Assembly: GCA_029247135.1 (NCBI GenBank)
Contig: JAQWLS010000009.1
Coordinates: forward strand, 1,863 to 65,862
DNA length: 64,000 bases
DNA from: Dehalococcoidia bacterium
GTDB taxonomy: Bacteria > Chloroflexota > Dehalococcoidia > UBA2979
Direction: 5' to 3'
Shown: piece by piece, positions 1 through 7,689 of the stretch
How positions within the stretch are numbered: position 1 is the stretch's first letter
Layout: each line of letters starts with the position of its first letter
Notes under the pieces: model-generated
Told to the model about the DNA's origin: nothing
Database searches by the model: none
The model's input: only the letters and a program-made list of their open reading frames with translations
Translations under genes and position numbers: made by a program

Positions 1-127
1 CATGCTCTCGCGGAAAGCGCTCACGCTCGACAATCGTAACTGCGTACCCTGCATCTGCCAGGAATGTGGCCACTGCACTTCCACCTGGTCCACCACCAAT
101 TACTACAATGTCACACACGTCTGCCAC
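1..127 (-). CDS. FAD-dependent oxidoreductase, N-terminal fragment (runs off the window edge)
   Basis: Minus-strand translation from GTG at 127 reads VCDIVVIGGGPGGSAVATFLADAGYAVTIVERERFPREH, a Rossmann GxGxxG FAD/NAD-binding N-terminus. AGGAG lies 6 nt upstream of the GTG. Confidence 0.5.
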   Translation of the reverse strand, partial: MADVCDIVVIGGGPGGSAVATFLADAGYAVTIVERERFPREH

Positions 128-269
128 AAAACACTCCTATTTTTACTCTAAATCAAATAGGCTGAAATGAAAACTGACCTTGGAAACTATAAGCTTCCAA
201 GGCCAGCTTCATTTACCTGCTAGATAGCGTCCCACTCATCGTCGCGACGCTACTGTCAACGTGGCTAAA

Positions 270-2078
270 TTAGGACTTACTTGCCCACTTGAGATAGCCC
301 CATGCATCAGCATCGTAACCACCATTCCACGCAACGTTTGGCGACCTGAATCTATTTCCATTAGTTCGCACAACACAGTTAGACCAAGCCACATCAAGGA
401 ACTTCTTATTCCAAGCTTCCCAGTCTTCAATTTCACCATCTTTAGCTTTCTCGATCAGGTCCATCCACTCGAGCTCGTCCTTAACACCTGGGCGATCTCT
501 TAGTGCGACGCTACCGTCGCCAACTGGAGCATTCATTCGGCCATCATACGAGTCAGCATATAGAACCGTCAGTGCGGGACTTCCCTGCTTAATCCAGTTA
601 CCGAAACCGATCAGCATGTGCTCAAAGGTACCAGTGGTCTGCAGAGAAATCATTTCACTGTACTCACGGTTATTGATCTGTAGTTCAATACCCATCTGGG
701 CTAGATCCTGTTGAATCATCTGTGCCGTAGCTGGAGCATCCAACCTCTCAGGTAGTACATCAGCTTTCAGTACGTTGCCTTCAACACCACCAGCAGCAGA
801 AATAAGCTTCGCAGCCTCAGCAGGGTTATATGCAACTGTATCGAGCTCTGGCACAAAAGCAATAGAACTAGGCTGGAACTGAAGTCGTCCACCCTGATCG
901 AACTCACCAAAGTATTCCTTCTGAATTCGGTCCTGTTGCAGCAGGAGCATAAGACCCTGTCGCACTCGCTTGTCTAAAATATCGGCACGCAGTCGGAATA
1001 CTCGACCACCCATTCCACCGTATGTTTCATGCTCCCAGTCCCCATTGTCCGCAATCGCCTCAGCATGCTCAGGAAGCAAGGTTCCACCTGTGAAGAGGTC
1101 GATATCACCAGCTTCGAATGCGAGTCCTTGCGCACCAGAGTCCGCAAAAATCGTTGTTTCAATCTTATCCAGATATGGACCAGTATCACCCCAGTAATCT
1201 GCATTCTTCGTGAGTTCATAACCCACGTTAGGATCGTAATTACCAAACTTGAAAGGTCCTGTACCGTTCAGAACACCTTCTTTAACCTGCTCGAGGGTGT
1301 TCATATCACCAATATTTGCACCACGGAAAAAGTCATACATATATCCGGTTGGCTTTGACAACCTCACCACGACGGTCTTGTCATCTGGAGTCTCAACAGA
1401 CGTGAAGTTAGCTGACATGAGGTTATACGGGCTTCCTACCACGCCTTCATGCTCACCAGCCATCATTAGTTCATATGACGCCTTTACATCAGCGGCAGTC
1501 ATCGGCTTACCATCATGGAATTGAACGTCTTTATCAATCAATTTGAATATGACCGTAGTACCACCGTCGGTAACTTCCCAGCTCTGCGCAAGACTTGGAT
1601 AAACACTAAAGTCTGCGTCGTACAACTCGTATAAAGGAGCCTTCTGATCACGTGCAAGCTGACGCTTGCCTCTCATCTGTCCCACCTCGACCAATCGGTC
1701 GAATATTCGAGAGTTCTGATTCATGTATGTGTTGTTACCAGCAGTGTTAAACGGCATCCGCACGAAGTTTGGAGTCGAGTTGGTGCCCGCCTTAAGCGTT
1801 CCACCCATCTTGATGCCACTGTCAGTTGCAGAGGTGGTGGCCACCGAAGTTGCAACTACCTGCTGAGTCGCGGCTGCAGTCGCGGCACTACTGCTTGACG
1901 AGCTACTGCTTGACGCACTGCTGCCACCTGAGCTCGAGGCGGATGTAGTTTCATCATCACTGCCACAACCAATCAATGCCGCACCAGCAAGTCCTGCGCC
2001 ACCTAGAGCAGCTCCACGCATCAAACGACGTCTGGAGATACTTCGGCGATTCCAATAATCACTCATATAAACCCTCAA
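270..2078 (-). CDS. ABC transporter substrate-binding protein, family 5 (peptide/nickel type), lipoprotein
   Basis: 602-aa ORF. The N-terminus has a twin-arginine-like signal (SRRRLMRGAALGGAGLAGAALIGC) with a lipobox Cys, followed by a Ser/Ala-rich low-complexity linker. The SBP_bac_5-like body contains WGDTGPYLDKIE and related motifs. It sits downstream of the Dpp-type permeases; the start may be the internal Met at 2063. Confidence 0.8.
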   Translation of the reverse strand: MRVYMSDYWNRRSISRRRLMRGAALGGAGLAGAALIGCGSDDETTSASSSGGSSASSSSSSSSSAATAAATQQVVATSVATTSATDSGIKMGGTLKAGTNSTPNFVRMPFNTAGNNTYMNQNSRIFDRLVEVGQMRGKRQLARDQKAPLYELYDADFSVYPSLAQSWEVTDGGTTVIFKLIDKDVQFHDGKPMTAADVKASYELMMAGEHEGVVGSPYNLMSANFTSVETPDDKTVVVRLSKPTGYMYDFFRGANIGDMNTLEQVKEGVLNGTGPFKFGNYDPNVGYELTKNADYWGDTGPYLDKIETTIFADSGAQGLAFEAGDIDLFTGGTLLPEHAEAIADNGDWEHETYGGMGGRVFRLRADILDKRVRQGLMLLLQQDRIQKEYFGEFDQGGRLQFQPSSIAFVPELDTVAYNPAEAAKLISAAGGVEGNVLKADVLPERLDAPATAQMIQQDLAQMGIELQINNREYSEMISLQTTGTFEHMLIGFGNWIKQGSPALTVLYADSYDGRMNAPVGDGSVALRDRPGVKDELEWMDLIEKAKDGEIEDWEAWNKKFLDVAWSNCVVRTNGNRFRSPNVAWNGGYDADAWGYLKWASKS

Positions 2079-2134
2079 CTTTCTTTTCAGTCCTGATTGT
2101 ATTCAACACTATTTACAAAACGTATCCGATAAAG

Positions 2135-2168
2135 ATACCTAACAGACTTTTGAAGGTCTGTTAGGTAT
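2135..2168. promoter_or_regulatory. Perfect 13-bp stem / 8-nt loop hairpin in the intergenic region between permease copy 2 and the SBP gene
   Basis: Read directly: atACCTAACAGAC-ttttgaag-GTCTGTTAGGTat. A U/A-rich sequence follows on both strands. The half-site ACCTAACAG also occurs at 5224-5232 in the operon promoter region. Confidence 0.6.
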
Positions 2169-2203
2169 ATAACAAAGAATTTATTTGCCTAATTCCCCAA
2201 GGC

Positions 2204-3115
2204 CTAGCTATCTCGTCTTCGAATTGGATCAAGTCTCTCGGCCAACACATCACTCAAAAAATTCAGAGATAACAAAAGTATGGCTATAAGCGCTATCGGG
2301 CCAAGCACGTAGTGAGGTGCGAATCTTGTATACCTACCTCCGTCCAATAGTAGCTGACCTAAGGTGGCATTCGGAGGTGCCGTGCCAAGACCCAAGTAAT
2401 TCAAAGCTGCCATCGTCAACACAGACGCGACCACCGCTAACGGCAACGCTACTGCAAACGCACCAAATGTGTTCACCGAAACATGACGCCATAAAATACG
2501 TCGCTCGGTTGCGCCAAGACACCGAGCAGCCGTCACATAGTCCCGCTCACGCTCACGCAGCACTCCGGCCCGGGCTAACCGTGCCATTTCATCAACACTA
2601 TAAATAGCAATTGCAATTCCAAGTGGCACGACTCCGCGACCTAAGTAATCACCTAAAATTGTGACCACTAAAATCGCAATCAAAATGCCCGGAAACGCGA
2701 GCAGCGTATCTACGCCACGCATGATCAAGATATCAGTTAAGCCGCCTCGCCACCCAGCAAGATAACCGAGCGCAATACCAACTATCCAACCGGCTACGAC
2801 TGCGCCAACTCCAACTATTACAGTCCTTCCCAGGCCGGACGCATTTCGCGCAAGTAAATCACGAGATATATGATCCGTCCCCATTGGGTGTTCCCAAGAA
2901 GGTGATTGGTTTTTTGGCACATTCTCAATCCAATTTGGGTCAGTGCCCCAAAGGAGTGGAACCAATGTGCCAAATAATAATAGAGTTGTAAGTCCAAATA
3001 ATGAGATGAATCCTCTAGGTGTTTTACCGACGGCACGGATCTCTTTTAGGAAAGATTTGAGAGCAGTAGATCGTACCTCAGGCGCAAAAAGCGGATCTCC
3101 TACACTCGCCGACAT
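2204..3115 (-). CDS. ABC transporter permease, DppC/OppC-like, tandem paralog 2
   Basis: 303-aa polytopic membrane protein with the BPD_transp_1 EAA-like region (VDEMARLARAGVLRERERDYVTAARCLGA). It is near-identical over long runs to the adjacent upstream copy. Confidence 0.85.
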   Translation of the reverse strand: MSASVGDPLFAPEVRSTALKSFLKEIRAVGKTPRGFISLFGLTTLLLFGTLVPLLWGTDPNWIENVPKNQSPSWEHPMGTDHISRDLLARNASGLGRTVIVGVGAVVAGWIVGIALGYLAGWRGGLTDILIMRGVDTLLAFPGILIAILVVTILGDYLGRGVVPLGIAIAIYSVDEMARLARAGVLRERERDYVTAARCLGATERRILWRHVSVNTFGAFAVALPLAVVASVLTMAALNYLGLGTAPPNATLGQLLLDGGRYTRFAPHYVLGPIALIAILLLSLNFLSDVLAERLDPIRRRDS

Positions 3116-3207
3116 CCTAGGCTCCTTTTTTTACACCAAGATGAACTCTTAGGCCAAGTCTTACCATTATGTAATCTACGTAGGCCTTAGTTAGCTGGCC
3201 AGTGGCA

Positions 3208-4107
3208 TTAGCCATCTCGTCTTCGAATTGGATCGAGTCTCTCCGACATCACGTCACTCAAAAAATTCAGAGATAACAAAAGTATCGCTAGAAGCGTAAC
3301 CGGACCAAGCACATAGTGAGGCGCAAATCGCATATAGCGACCTCCATCCAGTAGAAGCTGACCTAAGGTGGCATTCGGAGGTGCGGTGCCAAGACCCAGG
3401 TAATTCAAAGCTGCCATCGTCAACACAGAAGCTACTACCGCGAGCGGCAGCGCTACTGCAAACGCGCCAAATGTGTTCACCGACACATGTCGCCATAAGA
3501 TACGTCGCTCAGTCGCACCAAGGCACCGAGCAGCTGTCACATAATCACGCTCACGCTCACGCAGCACTCCGGCCCGGGCGAGCCGTGCCATGCCTGACAC
3601 ATTAAAAATAGCAATGGAGATTCCAAGTGGTATGATCCCGCCTCCCAAAATCGTTAATACTACAATCGCAATCAAAATGCCAGGAAACGCCAGCAGCGTA
3701 TCTACTCCGCGCATGATGAAAATATCGGTTAGACCTCCTCGCCACCCAGCAAGATAGCCAAGTGCTATACCAACTATCCAACCTGAGATCACGGCCCCGA
3801 TTCCGACCACTACTGTTCGCCCCAAACCAGAGGCATTTCGCGCAAGCAAATCACGGGATATATGATCCGTGCCCATTGGGTGTTCCCAAGAAGGTGATTG
3901 ATTTTTTGTCACATTTTCAATCCAATTTGGATCAGCACCCCAGAGCAATGGGACTAGAATCGCAAATAAAAATAAAAGTGATAAGCCAAATAATGAAATA
4001 AATCCTCTAGCTGTCTTGCCAACGGCTCGTATTTCTTTTAGCAGGGCGCTCAGAGTTGACTGAGGTATCTCGGACGCAAACAGAGGATCGACTGTGTTAG
4101 CTGACAT
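3208..4107 (-). CDS. ABC transporter permease, DppC/OppC-like, tandem paralog 1
   Basis: 299-aa ORF. It shares the identical C-terminal roughly 85 aa and the 32-aa run KNQSPSWEHPMGTDHISRDLLARNASGLGRTV with 2204-3115. It differs mainly at the N-terminus and by a 4-aa indel in one TM loop. Confidence 0.85.
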   Translation of the reverse strand: MSANTVDPLFASEIPQSTLSALLKEIRAVGKTARGFISLFGLSLLFLFAILVPLLWGADPNWIENVTKNQSPSWEHPMGTDHISRDLLARNASGLGRTVVVGIGAVISGWIVGIALGYLAGWRGGLTDIFIMRGVDTLLAFPGILIAIVVLTILGGGIIPLGISIAIFNVSGMARLARAGVLRERERDYVTAARCLGATERRILWRHVSVNTFGAFAVALPLAVVASVLTMAALNYLGLGTAPPNATLGQLLLDGGRYMRFAPHYVLGPVTLLAILLLSLNFLSDVMSERLDPIRRRDG

Positions 4108-4108
4108 C

Positions 4109-5074
4109 TTACGCCTCCGCTTTTCCGCCGAGACGAATTCTCGGATCTAGCCCAACGTATAACAGGTCCGTTATTAAATTAACGACCAAAAATATAATAA
4201 CTAGTAGCAAAGTGATGCCCTGCATCATCACATAATCTCGCTCACGCACTGCGCTCACTAATGCACGGCCTACACCCGGCCAGGTAAACACTTGCTCAAT
4301 TACAAGAGTACCCGCCAATACACCCCCTACCTGTAACCCCATAATTGTGACGACGGGAATGAGACTCGGCTTCAAAGCATGTCGAATCATGACGGTACGT
4401 TCACGGAGACCCTTAGCGCGAGCCGTTCGGATGTAATCTTCGGTCAATGTATCTAAAATCGACTGCCGTGTATACCGAGAAATCTGAGCCGCAACAATAC
4501 TACCTAACGCTATCGTAGGAAGTGCCAGATGCTTAAGTGCATCTAACGGATCTTCAGTGAACGGTACCCTCCCAGATGCCGGTAATATCTTAAGTTGAAC
4601 AGCAAAAATCAAAAGATACAGAAGACCCGCGATAAATGACGGAATACCTATGTTGATTCCAGTCCATAAGGAAGCAATATAATCCCACACTCCGCCTCTG
4701 TTCACGGCCGCCAGTATTCCTAATACCACGCCCCACACAAAGCCGTAAGTTAATGCGAATAATGCTAATTCAATCGTTGCCGGGAAAGCACTGTATATGA
4801 TGTCAGCTGCTGGGATACCCTTGTTCATTGAAATACCAAAGTCGCCCTGTATAGCGTTCCCAAGCCAGCTGAAATACTGCACATGAAAGGGGTCATTCAG
4901 ACCCATACGCTCCCGAGCGAGTTCATATGCCTCTTGGCTAGTCTGATTCTCACCACTCGAAGCTAAAAGCGCCGGGTCGCCCGGTATCAGCCTCACGACC
5001 ATAAAAACTAGAAACGATGCCAGGATCATCACCGGTATCATCTGAGTGACTAAACGGTGCACGAAATACTGCAT
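4109..5074 (-). CDS. ABC transporter permease, DppB/OppB-like
   Basis: 321-aa ORF with six predicted TM segments and the EAA-like motif (ARAKGLRERTVMIRHALKPSL). It is the first gene of the minus-strand operon and overlaps the next gene by 1-2 nt. Confidence 0.85.
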   Translation of the reverse strand: MQYFVHRLVTQMIPVMILASFLVFMVVRLIPGDPALLASSGENQTSQEAYELARERMGLNDPFHVQYFSWLGNAIQGDFGISMNKGIPAADIIYSAFPATIELALFALTYGFVWGVVLGILAAVNRGGVWDYIASLWTGINIGIPSFIAGLLYLLIFAVQLKILPASGRVPFTEDPLDALKHLALPTIALGSIVAAQISRYTRQSILDTLTEDYIRTARAKGLRERTVMIRHALKPSLIPVVTIMGLQVGGVLAGTLVIEQVFTWPGVGRALVSAVRERDYVMMQGITLLLVIIFLVVNLITDLLYVGLDPRIRLGGKAEA

Positions 5075-5102
5075 AGCGCCTGAGCTCCATTCTTTAAATT
5101 AA

Positions 5103-5232
5103 CCGTCAATACATTCGCATCGAGCCGTCAATCAGAAGTAAAATTAATCTCGATAAAAGATACAGCATCTGTTTATCATGCTGCATAGAATGTAGGTCTT
5201 GTAGCGCGGACGTTCTGTTATCTACCTAACAG
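5103..5232. promoter_or_regulatory. Divergent promoter region with candidate operator repeats
   Basis: Direct repeat CCGTCAAT x2 (5103-5110, 5125-5132). Inverted repeat CAGCAT-n9-ATGCTG (5163-5183). Everted repeat CTGTTA-tct-ACCTAACAG (5215-5232) that shares the half-site of the 2135-2168 hairpin. The region is AT-rich and lies between the divergent permease and CoA-transferase starts. Confidence 0.4.
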
Positions 5233-5292
5233 TCACCACATTAATTTCATGAAACTATAATGACGATCATTAGAACGATGTAAAAGGTATTT

Positions 5293-7689
5293 ATGAGTCA
5301 CGCATTTTCGGACATTCGCGTATTAGATCTATCGACCAATTTATCAGGTGCATTCGCAGCTCGATTTTTTGGAGACTTCGGAGCCGAAGTAATACTTGCT
5401 GAAAATGAGGCAGGACACGCACTCCGCAAGTCCAAAGTACTCCATGCCTATGCCAATTGGAATAAAAAATCAATCCAGATCCAAGACGATGATGAGCTCG
5501 ATGCCTTGATAAAGAGCAGCGATATCATCATCACAACTGAAATTAATAAAAAAGATGAGCTCTTCGCTCGAGTCAGCGAGAAAAGACTTCGTAGCTCGGT
5601 TCACCTATCTGTCACCCCGCATGGTCTAGATGGCAATCTTGCGGGAGTCCCTGGGAATGGCCTAACGGCTTCAGCACGAACAGGGTTCTCACATATTAAC
5701 GTGTATGAAAATGAGCCACCTCTGCAATTACCAGTCAATCTGACGGGTTTCATTGCTGGAGTATGTGGATTTATCACATCTGCGGCGGTTGCACTACAAA
5801 TGAGAAGTTCGGGTCTTGGCGATCTAGTCGATGTAAGCGAAGTTGAATCTCTTTCTCTCGCGTCTGCACCATGGGCCATTCAAGCCATCTTTGAAAATCG
5901 AGGATGGGCGAGAGGCGTACTCGGTGGCAAAGCACGAGGTATCCCCGGACCTCTCTGGGAAGCCAAGGATGGCCTTATTAATTTTGGCTTGGGTGATTTT
6001 AGGAATTGGACTGAGTCCATGAGAGTACTAGGCGTGGAAGAATATGCTGAAAATACCGATCTCATTCCAGATATAGGACGTCATGGCAATCCACAACTTC
6101 TAGAAGTTGTGGCGGCCGTTACTAGAACTGTGCCAAGCAAGAATCGTAAAGATCTATTCCTTGCGCTTTGCAAATTGCGCTCAATCACGGGAATGGTTCA
6201 GGATATGTCGGATATCGAATCGTGCGATCATCTAAATGCGCGAGACTATTTTCGCACCACGAATATCGATGACAAATTGGTCAAATTTCCGGGTCCATCA
6301 GCGCACTTATCCCCTCTCAAGTGGGAGCTACGATCTGATGCACCTTCGCTTGATCAAGATCGTGATCAAATAGATATCAAGCGAAACTCTGTCGCAATCA
6401 AAAATCCTAGTTCAATAGCGATGTCATCGGATGGACCACTAGCTGGAAAAAAAGTGCTCGCATTCACGCACGCCTGGTCAGGCACGTTCGCAACTGAGCT
6501 GTTAGGCCTCCTGGGAGCTGACGTGGTTCAAATTGAGGCCCCACACCGGGTGGATGTTTGGAGAAGAGTAAGTAATAAGGTGCCTGAAGGTGTGCGAAAT
6601 ACCGATATCGATCAACACTTTCTGAATACGCAAGGTCTGTATAATTCAGCGAACTTAAATAAACGTGCAATAACACTGGACATGAGAACGCCGGAAGGAC
6701 AGGAAATATTTTGGCAGCTCGTACCCCATTTTGACATAGTTATGGACAATTTCACACCGCAAATTTTGCCGCGGTGGGGAATTACACTGGAAACGCTCGC
6801 TGAAAAACGCCCTGGTATCGTATTTGCGTCATTATCTGCTTACGGCGCTACCGGACCATATCAAGAATTTCCCGGAAATGGCGGCACGACTGAACCTATG
6901 TCCGGCCTGTCGTCAATTCATGGCTATGAAGGTGATCTGGGGATGAACACGGGAGGAATGATTCCCGATCCAATATCCGGATATTTCACAATTGCTTCAG
7001 TTATAGCCGCGCTACATGAGTCGAGCAAAACCGGAGAAGCGCAACGCATCGAAGGTTCGATGCTCGAATCTCTCACAGCAATTGTCGGCGATGCACTAGG
7101 TGAATATCAGCTCAGCGGTGAGGTTCCCAGACCGCATGGCAACAAACACCCTGAAATTGCCCCGCACGGTGTGTACCAAACCAAAAATAGTGAATGGATT
7201 GCGATTTCAGCCGATAATGAAATCGCCTGGGATAACCTCGCCAAGCTATTAGGACTTACTGAAGATTCACAATTCAAAAGCCGGCAACAACGAAAAGAAA
7301 ATGAATCTCTTCTAAACGAAATCATAGGTAAATGGGCCCAAAATCAATCAGCACAAGGCATGGAAAACCAACTAACTGAATTAGGCGTATGTGCTGCACG
7401 GGTAGCTGAACCTTACAAGATATATAGCGAACCTGATGCTAATTTCCTCTCGAGAGATTTTTTATCGTATATTAAGCATCCAGAGACAGGAGTCAACGTA
7501 CTCCCCGCACGTGCCTGGAAGTTTGAAAGTATTAAATCATCTGAAGTTCGTCCGGCCCCCTGTGTCGGTCAACATAGTAAAGAAGTGTTGCAGGAATATT
7601 TAAATATCACCGATGAGAAATATCAAGAACTGATTGAGAACACCGTAACCGGAACAATATACGACTACGAAAGGTACAAACAAATATGA
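5293..7689 (+). CDS. Fused tandem family-III CoA-transferase (two CaiB/BaiF domains in one 798-aa polypeptide)
   Basis: Domain 1 starts with the canonical MSHAFSDIRVLDLSTNLSGAFAARFFGDFGAEVI. Domain 2 restarts at about aa 385 with LAGKKVLAFTHAWSGTFATELLGLLGADVVQIEAP. The stop overlaps the next start (ATGA at 7686-7689). Confidence 0.8.
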   Translation: MSHAFSDIRVLDLSTNLSGAFAARFFGDFGAEVILAENEAGHALRKSKVLHAYANWNKKSIQIQDDDELDALIKSSDIIITTEINKKDELFARVSEKRLRSSVHLSVTPHGLDGNLAGVPGNGLTASARTGFSHINVYENEPPLQLPVNLTGFIAGVCGFITSAAVALQMRSSGLGDLVDVSEVESLSLASAPWAIQAIFENRGWARGVLGGKARGIPGPLWEAKDGLINFGLGDFRNWTESMRVLGVEEYAENTDLIPDIGRHGNPQLLEVVAAVTRTVPSKNRKDLFLALCKLRSITGMVQDMSDIESCDHLNARDYFRTTNIDDKLVKFPGPSAHLSPLKWELRSDAPSLDQDRDQIDIKRNSVAIKNPSSIAMSSDGPLAGKKVLAFTHAWSGTFATELLGLLGADVVQIEAPHRVDVWRRVSNKVPEGVRNTDIDQHFLNTQGLYNSANLNKRAITLDMRTPEGQEIFWQLVPHFDIVMDNFTPQILPRWGITLETLAEKRPGIVFASLSAYGATGPYQEFPGNGGTTEPMSGLSSIHGYEGDLGMNTGGMIPDPISGYFTIASVIAALHESSKTGEAQRIEGSMLESLTAIVGDALGEYQLSGEVPRPHGNKHPEIAPHGVYQTKNSEWIAISADNEIAWDNLAKLLGLTEDSQFKSRQQRKENESLLNEIIGKWAQNQSAQGMENQLTELGVCAARVAEPYKIYSEPDANFLSRDFLSYIKHPETGVNVLPARAWKFESIKSSEVRPAPCVGQHSKEVLQEYLNITDEKYQELIENTVTGTIYDYERYKQI

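Larger units (their letters stand above)
2195..4107. repeat. Tandem direct duplication of about 1.0 kb (the permease gene plus its 3' flank)
   Basis: Nucleotide runs such as catctcgtcttcgaattggatc and tcactcaaaaaattcagagataacaaaagtat are present after both copies (about 2196-2270 and 3200-3290). The proteins share identical runs of more than 80 aa. Confidence 0.8.

Noticed and set aside
2204-4107. The permease duplication as a pure assembly artifact
   Set aside because: The copies differ at many nucleotide positions, including an in-frame 12-nt indel and divergent N-termini. That is unlikely for a collapsed or duplicated-read artifact. It is kept as a real feature, pending coverage data.
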